64,000 nucleotides of DNA from Lingula anatina (GCA_051362555.1 CM120649.1:62001-126000); one strand, 5' to 3'; positions 11,582 through 25,176 are shown, counted from the first letter of the stretch. Made by a program: numbers and translations. The notes: generated from the sequence alone by a model not told the origin.

Positions 11582-12989
11582 TGCATTTTATCTTCTATAA
11601 GCGTCATTCGTGCACTAAGGCACACACGCATGTAAGCACACCATGTTCTATGTCGTCGTGTAGATGTTTTCATACAAACAGTAGCCAAAATTTCTTCGTT
11701 TGTAAGGTCCCAGGATGTTTTGCTAATATATATTTGTTTTGTTTTTTGTTTTCTTTGTAATAAATCCGAAAACAAATATCATGCATAATCATACAAATGC
11801 GTAATTGTGGATGGAAATTTATATTTGCAAAGCATGGAAATCAGGAGCGACATAAAGACATGGGAGGCTTACAAGATTATCCAAATCTTTGCCAAATTCA
11901 GAATAATAAACAAACTGAAAAGGTTAGCCAAAATCAGTGTACTTCATGCGACTTTCCACATTCACTTAAAATCAACTCTGGTTCTCGGTGTTCAGTGGTG
12001 ATAATAAGCACAAACAACAAAACATGGGAATGCAGGAGTGATATCTAACCAAGCCTGTCCTTCTCAATCACCCCTTGCTCCCGAATATCAATCAGTGTCT
12101 AAGAATACAAAAACAACTTTAAGAGAACGCTCCTATTCACGTTTTAGGCACGCTTTGCACTTGAAAAATTCAAACCAAACGAAATACTAACTGGGCACAA
12201 ACATACGACGGAATTAAACAGATAAAAATAAAAACGCATTTTCAAAGTCAACATACTGGATGCTGCGTGACTGGGCATTTAAACCAGTTTTCATAGGGCG
12301 AATGAACGAACAGGAATGGGAATTTAATAGAAAAGACAGGATTTTAATTCAATCTTACGGTATATAATTACTGTAAGGTTATTGATATTTCTTTATTTCT
12401 TTCTTTCCTTCTTTCTACTTCTTGAAACATAGAAGGGCATTTTTAAAGGAAACCGTTTAAGTTTATACATTTATTGAATTCTTTTATGTTACATCTATGG
12501 GTAATTTTCCAAAAGTTAACTCTACAGAATTAATATTTTGACTGTTTATGCACGAATGAAACACACATATTAAGACTGAGCAATATAATTTAAAGAATTG
12601 GTCTATATTTTTATTATATTAAGTTGAACATTCTGAAAGAAAATGTTGGTCACGTTGTTTCATTAAATCACTTAACAAAACTTAACTGAACAAAATTCAT
12701 GAAGAAAATCTACAACATGTTGTGTAAAAAATCAGTTCAAGTTATTATTTATTACCTACAGTATTTCATTGTAGACAAGGATCGGTGTCTGCCCTGAAGG
12801 CTGCCTCTACCCCGTATAAATCGACCGGCGGTCCGTGCGTCGTAAACAACAAGCAGTGGTCGTCTCGGTCTCCCCACACAGCGAGGAGAGACCGTAAAAC
12901 CCTGCCTGACTTCCTCGGTAGAAGTTACTAGATCGCAGTAGACTTTAATCTCCCGTCACCCCTTCGTCCATCCACTCTTGTTTCCTTCC

Positions 12990-13196
12990 TCAAAAACGAT
13001 TCTGGGTTCTCTTGCCAGAATCGTTTTAGAAAAACGAAACCATTTTCTAGTTTCCAGGTGCGTTTTTGAAAAACGACAGTAATTTCTGGTTGCCAGGTTC
13101 GTTTTTGAAAAACAAATCTAGTTTCTAGTTGCCAGGTTCGTTTTTGAAAAACAAAACTGGAAACTAGACACTAGAAACTAACTTCAGCGCCCCGTA
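12990..13196. repeat. ~40-bp tandem repeats (TTGCCAGGTTCGTTTTTGAAAAAC core, ~5 copies); probable DNA-transposon end
   Basis: The repeats are visible and end in CTTCAGCGCCCCGTA. No matching opposite terminus was found in the window. Confidence 0.55.
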
Positions 13197-14276
13197 GGGA
13201 AAAAAACATCATAACAGCTCTTCTTGGTAATATTTTAAAGAATTTTATTGTCAACATGTGCCCACGGCGCTTACGTTACACAGAGGACCAGGGCGTTCAT
13301 GTCGCCCAGTATTGGAGCAAACGAAACCCCACGAGACAAACAACAAGCACACGAATAAGATGAGAAAAATTAATAACTCCAGATCTTACAGTTGTAATTT
13401 TAATAAAGGTAACATAATTGTCTAGCTCGAGCAACTATCTAATTCGATTTCACTGGATCAAGATCGGTTTACTGCAATCAAATTTGTAATTAATTTCTTC
13501 ATGGTGTTTCTTTTTTGTCATATTTCAATGAATTGATTTGAAGATATATTCGAGGTGAATACTTGAAAATCTGATCCCTATTTTTTATATAAGTACATAA
13601 ATACAATTGATTATTTATCGATGTTGCGACTGCAGTGTACACTGAAGAACTCGCATCTTATAAAGATTAAATGTTATTAGTGCCATACAAATACAAAATC
13701 GCATTAAAGTCCACGCTAGAAGAAAACCTCATCTACCAATCTAAAACCACGCTGTTAATTATGAAAAAAATGTGAAAGTTGATATGTACAAATAAATACT
13801 CTGCACGTCAAAGTTCTCCTCATACATATTCTAGACATGGCTTCGACAATTGTACACGTTTATAAACACGTTTGTCACTTCTAAAAATACTATTATCACT
13901 TCCTATTTCTGCTATATAAAATATGAAAATCACAACACTTTTTATGACTAAAGACATCTAATATCTAATTTTATATTTTCTATGGAATAGTTGTTGCAAT
14001 ATTCATACACATAAAATTATTCACAATACAGTTTGCATTAATTTAATCTTTGTACAATTGCATGAGAGTCAAGCGATCAATTAGAATAATGTGTCAGTTT
14101 AGTGTTAAATTACAAAGGTATCGCATAGCGTCGTTCATTAAATCTATGGGTGGATACCAGAGTTCCATGTTGCTAAAGCTGGGTTCTAATTAAGCTTATC
14201 TTCCGAAATTCACAGATTTCTCTGTAGATTGTAGAAAACTGAAAAGCGCAGACGACAACTTAAAAGAGAGAGATCA

Positions 14277-14827
14277 CAGGCCTACCCAACTACCAGACTC
14301 GGCACCTAAGGATCCTGAATTAACCGGTATATCGGACCACACTACCCGTTTTCAAGGTGTGTGTCAGATCGCATTTCGGAGTATCAGCCAGAACACCGAC
14401 AGGATGAGCCCTGACATGCTCGGCTGTCACCTTGATTGGATAGTAAACGATTGTCGTAAAATCGCTATATGATTTTAAAACCGGGTTCATAATTTTGAAA
14501 GCCACCTAGATGAACCTTAGACTGCCACATTAATCTAATACAATGCAAAAAAGCCCTATCAAAAGTGGTTAAAACATTCAAACCGAATGTCGTTAAGTCC
14601 CCATATATCCCCAAAGAGACAATAAAATAGAGTACTCTAAAGTAAGAGTACAGTTTAAGGTTGTTCAGCCGAGCGTGGATGAGCCCGCAGTCGTGCTACA
14701 AAATTTATTCTGGGGTATGATACTCCGAAATGCGATTTGACACACACCTTGAAAACGGGTAGTGTGGCCCGATATACCAGTTAATTCAGGATCCTTAGGT
14801 GCCGAGTCTGGTAGTTGGGTAGGCCTG
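14277..14827. mobile_element. MITE with ~115-bp TIRs and 5-bp TSD (hAT5-like)
   Basis: CAGGCCTACCCAACTACCAGACTCGGCACCTAAGGATCCTGAATTAA... is inverted at the right end (...CTGGTAGTTGGGTAGGCCTG). GATCA is duplicated at 14272-14276 and 14828-14832. Confidence 0.9.
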
Positions 14828-15302
14828 GATCAGATCTTGTACAAAGTCCAAAGTGGTCGGAGCACACCGTCGTTGCCCGGGAGACATTGCATCAATTCAA
14901 ATGATTGGCACGTGGGATTATTGCAATAGATCACCATGGTTACATACCCAGTTTATACAAATGATATCAATACCTAGCCATATGAGAACACTCGGATTAC
15001 GTACAAAATGAAGATTATGCAAAATCGTTAAAATTTCTCTAACTGAATTCCAACTTTTTAGCTAGGTTTACATCATGCGTGCATGGATAATTCATTTTAT
15101 CTTATACTTAAGAAGATGAACTGATGTATATATACAAATTACACAGACTCAACAGAGAAATATACATATATGTGTTTTTTTTTCAGCTTTGAATGACGTA
15201 ATCATTCAGTGTAGCTCCCTTGTATGTCAGCACTTCTATGTAACTTAAATTAATTACCTTAAGTGTTTCACAAACATTGCCTACAAATATTTTAATATTT
15301 AA

Positions 15303-15343
<41 letters not shown>
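15303..15343. repeat. (AAT)n microsatellite
   Basis: Direct observation. Confidence 0.9.
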
Positions 15344-15346
<3 letters not shown>

Positions 15347-16023
15347 AAAACTTGTAATATCTACAAACTTTTAATAAGTAACACTTTTACTGTGACATGG
15401 CGCATGTTGATTTGCTAGACAAGTTCTTATATGGGGAACCTAAGACCGTGATATACTAATAGAGTAAAAACTACTTCTTTACCTAAAAGTATACTTTGAG
15501 ATCTTTGTCGCTCAGAATCAACGCGGAATATCTAAATCCTTAAGTAAATCACTGAATTGTAATTTTATAATCATATTACGAAATGAATCACGTCTTACGA
15601 CACTTCCGAATTGCCATGACGTGTTTGGAGACGTCATGCGTTGTATATGATGAGCCGAACAGTTTACCTAGACGCTGAAACTAGATCTGGCGAGGATTTC
15701 AGATCGTGAATTCTCACCTTATCCTGATCTTCATCATAGCCGAAAACAACTTTCAAACAGTGAAGAAAACACAAGGATATTTTGCATTTCCGGAAATTTA
15801 ACAAAACAGTGGAAAGCGACAAACTAACCCTTATATCAACATGAATCTTTTTCTTTTTAGTGTTATTCCTTTACGTTTATTTCACGCATATTAAAGCAGT
15901 TCGCATCATTGTTGGTTGCATTGTAATGGCAGCAGGTCTCCTTATATCTCTGTATCCAGCGAGGTTGAAAGGATTCTTTAAGTTCAAGGTCAGTTTTCAC
16001 AATACCGCAAAAGTCCACTGTAT

Positions 16024-16217
16024 TCACGGAAAGGCTGCTAGTAGGAGAAATAACAAAGAGACGACAGCACCCCCTGCAGAGATAGCCCTTTCCGAGCGGC
16101 TCGTCAAGCCTGCGCTGTTGATGGTACTAGACTGAGGGTCCTTGGGGCTGGTCGTGGTGGAGGTGGACCTGGTCTTAGTACCGGATTCGGGACATGGTTT
16201 GTCCGGAATCGTTTCTT
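16024..16217 (-). CDS. ACHE: Acetylcholinesterase alternative terminal exon, H-type (GPI-anchor signal)
   Basis: Acceptor TTTTTCATTTCAG| is phase-1 compatible with the donor at 33141. It reads (Q)ETIPDKPCPESGTKTRSTSTTTSPKDPQSSTINSAGLTSRSERAISAGGAVVSLLFLLLAAFP*: a single Cys, a Ser/Thr-rich spacer, small-residue omega candidates (N-S-A-G) and a C-terminal hydrophobic stretch with no cytoplasmic tail. Length 194 nt = 2 + 64 codons. Confidence 0.8.
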
Positions 16218-16384
16218 CTGAAATGAAAAAAGAATGGCATAAGTGTAGGCGGGGATGTAGTCAGCAATGATGAAGGGGGTTCTTGTATTGAAATTAGAGA
16301 CCTTTTTTTAACCCTGTAATTGACACAACTCCTATTCAAAGGGGTCCTTTTCTAGACAGTGGGTTACCTCAGTTTTCAGCCTCA

Positions 16385-19300
16385 AGTGTATCAGTACCTA
16401 TAGCGTGTTAAGACAGTGTACCAGTACCTATAGCGTGTAAAGACAGTGTACCAGTACCAATAGCGTGTTAAGACAGTGTACCAGTACCAATAGCGTGTTA
16501 AGACAGTGTACCAGTACCAATAGCGTGTTAAGACAGTGTACCAGTACCTATAGCGTGTTAAGACAGTGTACCAGTACCAATAGCGTGTTAAGACAGTGTA
16601 TCAGTACCTATAGCGTGTTAAGACAGTGTACCAGTACCAATAGCGTCTTAAGACAGTGTACCAGTACCTATAGCGTGTTAAGACAGTGTACCAGTACCTA
16701 TAGCGTGTTAAGACAGTGTACCAGTACCTATATGTTAAGACAGTGTATCAGTACCAATAGCGTGTTAAGACAGTGTACCAGTACCTATATGTTAAGACAG
16801 TGTACCAGTACCTATAGCGTGTTAAGACAGTGTACCAGTACCTATAGCGTGTTAAGACAGTGTATCAGTACCTATAGCGTGTTAAGACAGTGTACCAGTA
16901 CCTATATGTTAAGACAGTGTACCAGTACCTATAGCGTGTTAAGACAGTGTATCAGTACCTATATGTTAAGACAGTGTATCAGTACCTATATGTTAAGACA
17001 GTGTATCAGTACCTATATGTTAAGACAGTGTATCAGTACCTATAGCGTGTTAAGACAGTGTATCAGTACCTATAGCGTGTTAAGACAGTGTATCAGTACC
17101 TATAGCGTGTTAAGACAGTGTATCAGTGCCTATAGCGTGTTAAGACAGTGTACCAGTACCTATAGCGTGTTAAGACAGTGTACCAGTACCTATATGTTAA
17201 GACAGTGTATCAGTACCTATAGCGTGTTAAGACAGTGTATCAGTACCTATAGCGTGTTAAGACAGTGTACCAGTACCTATATGTTAAGACAGTGCACCAG
17301 TACCTATAGCGTGTTAAGACAGTGTATCAGTACCTATAGCGTGTTAAGACAGTGTATCAGTACCTATATGTTAAGACAGTGTATCAGTACCTATAGCGTG
17401 TTAAGACAGTGTATCAGTACCTATATGTTAAGACAGTGTATCAGTACCTATAGCGTGTTAAGACAGTGCATCAGTACCTATAGCGTGTTAAGACAGTGTA
17501 CCAGTACCTATATGTTAAGACAGTGTACCAGTACCTATAGCGTGTTAAGACAGTGTATCAGTACCTATAGCGTGTTAAGACAGTGTATCAGTACCTATAG
17601 CGTGTTAAGACAGTGTATCAGTACCTATATGTTAAGACAGTGTACCAGTACCTATAGCGTGTTAAGACAGTGTATCAGTACCTATAGCGTGTTAAGACAG
17701 TGTATCAGTACCTATAGCGTGTTAAGACAGTGTACCAGTACCTATAGCGTGTTAAGACAGTGTACCATTACCTATAGCGTGTTAAGACAGTGTACCAGTA
17801 CCTATAGCGTGTTAAGACAGTGTACCAGTACCTATAGCGTGTTAAGACAGTGTATCAGTACCAATAGCGTGTTAAGACAGTGTACCAGTACCTATATGTT
17901 AAGACAGTGTACCAGTACCAATAGCGTGTTAAGACAGTGTACCAGTACCTATAGCGTGTTAAGACAGTGTATCAGTACCTATAGCGTGTTAAGACAGTGT
18001 ACCAGTACCTATAGCGTGTTAAGACAGTGTACCAGTACCTATATGTTAAGACAGTGTACCAGTACCAATAGCGTGTTAAGACAGTGTACCAGTACCAATA
18101 GCGTGTTAAGACAGTGTACCAGTACCAATAGCGTGATAAGACAGTGTACCAGTACCTATAGCATGTTAAGACAGTGTACCAGTACCAATAGCGTGTTAAG
18201 ACAGTGTATCAGTACCTATAGCGTGTTAAGACAGTGTACCAGTACCAATAGCGTGTTAAGACAGTGTACCAGTACCTATAGCGTGTTAAGACAGTGTATC
18301 AGTACCTATAGCGTGTTAAGACAGTGTACCAGTACCTATATGTTAAGACAGTGTATCAGTACCAATAGCGTGTTAAGACAGTGTACCAGTACCTATATGT
18401 TAAGACAGTGTACCAGTACCAATAGCGTGTTAAGACAGTGTACCAGTACCTATAGCGTGTTAAGACAGTGTATCAGTACCTATAGCGTGTTAAGACAGTG
18501 TACCAGTACCTATATGTTAAGACAGTGTATCAGTACCAATAGCGTGTTAAGACAGTGTACCAGTACCTATATGTTAAGACAGTGTACCAGTACCAATAGC
18601 GTGTTAAGACAGTGTACCAGTACCTATAGCGTGTTAAGACAGTGTATCAGTACCTATAGCGTGTTAAGACAGTGTACCAGTACCTATAGCGTGTTAAGAC
18701 AGTGTACCAGTACCTATAGCGTGTTAAGACAGTGTACCAGTACCTATAGCGTGTTAAGACAGTGTATCAGTACCTATAGCGTGTTAAGACAGTGTACCAG
18801 TACCTATAGCGTGTTAAGACAGTGTATCAGTACCTATAGCGTGTTAAGACAGTGTACCAGTACCTATAGCGTGTTAAGACAGTGTACCAGTACCTATAGC
18901 GTGTTAAGACAGTGTACCAGTACCTATAGCGTGTTAAGACAGTGTATCAGTACCTATAGCGTGTTAAGACAGTGTACCATTACCTATAGCGTGTTAAGAC
19001 AGTGTACCAGTACCTATAGCGTGTTAAGACAGTGTACCAGTACCTATAGCGTGTTAAGACAGTGTACCAGTACCTATAGCGTGTTAAGACAGTGTACCAG
19101 TACCTATAGCGTGTTAAGACAGTGTACCAGTACCTATAGCGTGTTAAGACAGTGTATCAGTACCTATAGTGTGTGAAGACAGTGTACCAGTACCTATAGC
19201 GTGTTAAGACAGTGTACCAGTACCAATAGCGTGTTAAGACAGTGTACCAGTACCTATAGCGTGTTAAGACAGTGTACCAGTACCTCTAGCGTGTTAAGAC

Positions 19301-22300
19301 AGTGTATCAGTACCTATAGCGTGTTAAGACAGTGTACCAGTACCTATAGCGTGTTAAGACAGTGTACCAGTACCAATAGCGTGTTAAGACAGTGTACCAG
19401 TACCTATAGCGTGTTAAGACAGTGTATCAGTACCTATAGCGTGTTAAGACAGTGTACCAGTACCAATAGCGTGTTAAGACAGTGTATCAGTACCTATAGC
19501 GTGTTAAGACAGTGTATCAGTACCTATAGCGTGTTAAGACAGTGTACCAGTACCTATAGCGTGTTAAGACAGTGTATCAGTACCTATAGCGTGTTAAGAC
19601 AGTGTATCAGTACCTATAGCGTGTTAAGACAGTGTATCAGTACCTATAGCGTGTTAAGACAGTGTACCAGTACCTATAGCGTGTTAAGACAGTGTACCAG
19701 TACCTGTAGCGTGTTAAGACAGTGTACCAGTACCTATATGTTAAGACAGTGTATCAGTACCTATAGCGTGTTAAGACAGTGTATCAGTACCTATATGTTA
19801 AGACAGTGTATCAGTACATATAGCGTGTTAAGACAGTGTACCAGTACCTATATGTTAAGACAGTGTATCAGTACCTATAGCGTGTTAAGACAGTGTACCA
19901 GTACCTATAGCGTGTTAAGACAGTGTACCAGTACCTATATGTTAAGACAGTGTATCAGTACCTATAGCGTGTTAAGACAGTGTACCAGTACCTATATGTT
20001 AAGACAGTGTATCAGTACCTATAGCGTGTTAAGACAGTGTATCAGTACCTATAGCGTGTTAAGACAGTGTATCAGTACCTATAGCGTGTTAAGACAGTGT
20101 ACCAGTACCTATAGCGTGTTAAGACAGTGTACCAGTACCTATAGCGTGTTAAGACAGTGTATCAGTACCTATAGCGTGTTAAGACAGTGTACCAGTACCT
20201 ATATGTTAAGACAGTGTATCAGTACCTATAGCGTGTTAAGACAGTGTACCAGTACCTATATGTTAAGACAGTGTACCAGTACCTATAGCGTGTTAAGACA
20301 GTGTATCAGTACCTATATGTTAAGACAGTGTATCAGTACCTATATGTTAAGACAGTGTATCAGTACCTATATGTTAAGACAGTGTATCAGTACCTATAGC
20401 GTGTTAAGACAGTGTATCAGTACCTATAGCGTGTTAAGACAGTGTATCAGTACCTATAGCGTGTTAAGACAGTGTATCAGTGCCTATAGCGTGTTAAGAC
20501 AGTGTACCAGTACCTATAGCGTGTTAAGACAGTGTACCAGTACCTATATGTTAAGACAGTGTATCAGTACCTATAGCGTGTTAAGACAGTGTATCAGTAC
20601 CTATAGCGTGTTAAGACAGTGTACCAGTACCTATATGTTAAGACAGTGCACCAGTACCTATAGTATGTAAAGACAGTGTATCAGTACCTATAGCGTGTTA
20701 AGACAGTGTATCAGTACCTATATGTTAAGACAGTGTATCAGTACCTATAGCGTGTTAAGACAGTGTATCAGTACCTATATGTTAAGACAGTGTATCAGTA
20801 CCTATAGCGTGTTAAGACTGTGCATCAGTACCTATAGCGTGTTAAGACAGTGTACCAGTACCTATATGTTAAGACAGTGTACCAGTACCTATAGCGTGTT
20901 AAGACAGTGTATCAGTACCTATAGCGTGTTAAGACAGTGTATCAGTACCTATAGCGTGTTAAGACAGTGTATCAGTACCTATATGTTAAGACAGTGTACC
21001 AGTACCTATAGCGTGTTAAGACAGTGTATCAGTACCTATAGCGTGTTAAGACAGTGTATCAGTACCTATAGCGTGTTAAGACAGTGTACCAGTACCTATA
21101 GCGTGTTAAGACAGTGTACCAGTACCTATAGCGTGTTAAGACAGTGTACCAGTACCTATATGTTAAGACAGTGTATCAGTACCTATAGCGTGTTAAGACA
21201 GTGTACCAGTACCTATAGCGTGTTAAGACAGTGTATCAGTACCTATAGCGTGTTAAGACAGTGTATCAGTACCTATAGCGTGTTAAGACAGTGTATCAGT
21301 ACCAATAGCGTGTTAAGACAGTGTATCAGTACCTATAGCGTGTTAAGACAGTGTACCAGTACCAATAGCGTGTTAAGACAGTGTATCAGTACCTATAGCG
21401 TGTTAAGACAGTGTATCAGTACCTATAGCGTGTTAAGACAGTGTATCAGTACCTATAGCGTATTAAGACAGTGTATCAGTACCTATAGCGTGTTAAGACA
21501 GTGTATCAGTACCTATAGCGTGTTAAGACAGTGTATCAGTACCAATAGCGTGTTAAGACAGTGTATCAGTACCAATAGCGTGTTAAGACAGTGTACCAGT
21601 ACCTATAGCGTGTTAAGACAGTGTATCAGTACCTATAGCGTGTTAAGACAGTGTATCAGTACCTATAGCGTGTTAAGACAGTGTATCAGTACCAATAGCG
21701 TGTTAAGACAGTGTATCAGTACCAATAGCGTGTTAAGACAGTGTATCAGTACCTATAGCGTGTTAAGACAGTGTATCAGTACCTATAGCGTGTTAAGACA
21801 GTGTATCAGTACCTATAGCGTGTTAAGACAGTGTATCAGTACCTACAGGTATAGCGTGTTAAGACAGTGTATCAGTACCTATAGCGTGTTAAGACAGTGT
21901 ACCAGTACCTATAGCGTGTTAAGACAGTGTACCAGTACCTATAGCGTGTTAAGACAGTGTACCAGTACCTATAGCGTGTTAAGACAGTGTATCAGTACCT
22001 ATAGCGTGTTAAGACAGTGTACCAGTACCTATAGCGTGTTAAGACAGTGTATCAGTACCTATAGCGTGTTAAGACAGTGTACCAGTACCTATAGCGTGTT
22101 AAGACAGTGTACCAGTACCTATAGCGTGTTAAGACAGTGAACCAGTACCTATAGCGTGTTAAGACAGTGTATCAGTACCTATAGCGTGTTAAGACAGTGT
22201 ACCAGTACCTATAGCGTGTTAAGACAGTGTATCAGTACCTATAGCGTGTTAAGACAGTGTACCAGTACCTATAGCGTGTTAAGACAGTGTACCAGTACCA

Positions 22301-22977
22301 ATAGCGTGTTAAGACAGTGTACCAGTACCTATAGCGTGTTAAGACAGTGTATCAGTACCTATAGCGTGTTAAGACAGTGTATCAGTACCTATAGCGTGTT
22401 AAGACAGTGTATCAGTACCTATAGCGTGTTAAGACAGTGTATCAGTACCTATAGCGTGTTAAGACAGTGTACCAGTACCTATAGCGTGTTAAGACAGTGT
22501 ATCAGTACCTATAGCGTGTTAAGACAGTGTACCAGTACCTATAGCGTGTTAAGACAGTGTACCAGTACCTATAGCGTGTTAAAACAGTGTACCAGTACCT
22601 ATAGCGTGTTAAGACAGTGTACCAGTACCTATAGCGTGTTAAGACAGTGTATCAGTACCTATAGCGTGTTAAGACAGTGTATCAGTACCTATAGCGTGTT
22701 AAGACAGTGTACCAGTACCTATAGCGTGTTAAGACAGTGTACCAGTACCTATAGCGTGTTAAGACAGTGTATCAGTACCTATAGCGTGTTAAGACAGTGT
22801 ATCAGTACCTATAGCGTGTTAAGACAGTGTATCAGTACCTATAGCGTGTTAAGACAGTGTACCAGTACCTATAGCGTGTTAAGACAGTGTATCAGTACCT
22901 ATAGCGTGTTAAGACAGTGTACCAGTACCTATAGCGTGTTAAGACAGTGTACCAGTACCTATAGCGTGTTAAGACAG
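16385..22977. repeat. 6.6-kb satellite, 30-bp unit GTGTTAAGACAGTGTAYCAGTACCTATAGC with a 27-bp variant (~220 units)
   Basis: Direct observation. The variants are C/T, T/A, a 3-bp deletion and one 6-bp insertion (~21845). It lies in the AChE intron ~165 bp from the H-exon acceptor. Confidence 0.98.
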
Positions 22978-23028
22978 AGAACAGAGGCAATCCAGGAAAT
23001 CGCCCCAGTTCCCGGCCTTCTTGGTTAA

Positions 23029-23365
23029 AGCAATAATAACTCTTCGTTTCGGCCAAAAAAAGAATTTTCCTGGAGTAAACAACAATTTTCCCATACTTAC
23101 CAATGGTTAATGAATCCATTTTTACACTCAAAGTTAGTCCCTGGTTTTTTTCTAAAAAGTTTGTTTTTTTGTTAAAATCTCTTAAGAGATTTTAACAGAG
23201 TATAGACATCAATGGATGTCACGTGGTCTAAAGACAAGTTCAAATATCAGAATAAAAGCTATAACTGCTGTTTTTGTGGTAAATTGGAATATATTATATT
23301 TCTATGAGTTATTCACAAGGTTTTTATTGTGAAATATAGGTCTCATACGAAGAGTTATTATCCCT
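23029..23365. mobile_element. Kolobok-type MITE (TTAA TSD)
   Basis: Left end TTAA|AGCAATAATAACTCTTCGTTTCGGCC matches the right-end reverse complement TTAA|AGGGATAATAACTCTTCGTATGAGACC. It has purine-purine termini, with TTAA at 23025-23028 and 23366-23369. Confidence 0.7.
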
Positions 23366-25093
23366 TTAAGGCTCCAAGAAAGGCTTCACAACTAACTGCA
23401 AACTAATTTTACTGAATTTAAATCCTCCGTTTAACAACTGAATGTGATAAATCTGGGTTTTCTGTGAGTGCCTATGCTTGTTATATTGTTTGTTATTTGT
23501 AAGGTAAACACGTGTGTAGAATTGTGGCTTCGCTAGCACACCCAGAACGGAAATTCGAAGTTACTTTGAACTGACATCTTCGCTGATGGATTCTTTTTTG
23601 TACTTTATATTGTTGACAGCTTCAATATGCCAAGCAAATATATTGTTTCCTATGTATGTGTCAGCGGTGTTTGTAAATATTGGATGTGTTTGAAAATGAC
23701 AATGAAGGGAATACTTGTTTTAAAATAAAATAAAATATTTCTACTGGAATATAAGTCGTAAAGGCGACAACATCAATAGTAAGGAGACTGTCCAAGGAAT
23801 TGAACATTTAGAAAGATGCCAACACAAGTGCACACATGTTTTTGTTTATGCTATAACATCATAATAAGAAATGTTTCACATCACTGCTAAAATTAAGGAC
23901 AATGTTTCTTTCTTTTTTCTCTTTTCCTTTGCTTTGGCTAATGTCGTTTCTGTCAAAGTAAAATGAAAAATGAATGAAATATTGTGTCAGCTCTGTGCGG
24001 TGTAATTTTACGGTTAACAGAGAACTGAGACGAGCGGCGGGTCTTGTTCTGCCCACCTACATTTTTGTAAAACACTGCTTGGCGGTGAAATGGAGGAACT
24101 TGAGACATAGTTCAATCGCGTCTGTTTCTTCACAACATACCGCAAATGATTTAAATTATTACTAGGTAATGAGTGTGGAATAGCGTAATTGGGCGGAGGG
24201 TATTAGCACTGGTTTCAATTGTTTCACAAAGGTCTATAGTACATTAGCGTAAAACTGTGGGTTAAAGGTCAAGCAGACATGGAAACAAATGGCTCAGGAC
24301 GGAAAATTATATGTTTACGTAGGAGTAATATGTGGGTAACTTGGAGGACTGCAGATCGTGAATGTTCCGATTTTTTTCCTTTTAAATATCTTCGTGCTTT
24401 TTGCAGTAATAAAGACTGATTTACGTTAAAATCTAAGCGTGGATTCATTTTTCGACGTGGCCAAAGATGGATGACCCCCCCCCCCCCTCTCCTATAAACG
24501 AAATGGCTGATTTAGTTTATAGTTCCCGATCAAAATTTTCTCAAAGCTTTCGTTGGTAGTAAGGCGGGGCCAAACAATTCAACTTCTTTCTATTATTCAT
24601 TTCACAATAAACTCATCAATGTACGTGAAAAAAACAAGTGGAGCTACTCAAGGCATAGGGGTGTACCTATGCCGCGAAATCCTCCATGAAAACGACATTG
24701 TGATATATTTTAGATACTTTTCTTTCCACAATGGCATGAAAGAAGTTAACAATCTCCCTAAGTGGAGAGAAGTTTACAATCGCCTCATACATGTAAGTGT
24801 TTGTGTTGTCGTTAATGGATGAAGCCCTGACACCGAGTACTAGCACTCTACAACGCAGTCAGGACACATCTCGGGACGTACGGGATCAGTCGGTATTAAG
24901 ACATCAGACCACTGTGCGGTTGACAGCGGGCTCAGAAATAGATCTACCTTAGAAGTGAGAACTTTCCTTTTTGTAAATAAACCGAGAATACAATACTTTT
25001 AATACTTGTAAAAACATCGGCGGGCGATTTGTAGTAATGCTGTTTTATACGTTATAAATATATTTTATGTGTAAGAAATTATCAGTGAAGACC

Positions 25094-25095
<2 letters not shown>

Positions 25096-25176
<81 letters not shown>

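Noticed and set aside
16385-22977. CRISPR-like array
   Set aside because: Head-to-tail units with no unique spacers, no cas genes, and a eukaryotic context. The same applies to the 40-, 24-, 26- and 46-bp arrays.
16465-23028. 903-, 489-, 481- and 290-aa ORFs as real genes
   Set aside because: They are translations of a 30-bp satellite antisense within an AChE intron, with GTG starts, no unique domain and scattered stops.
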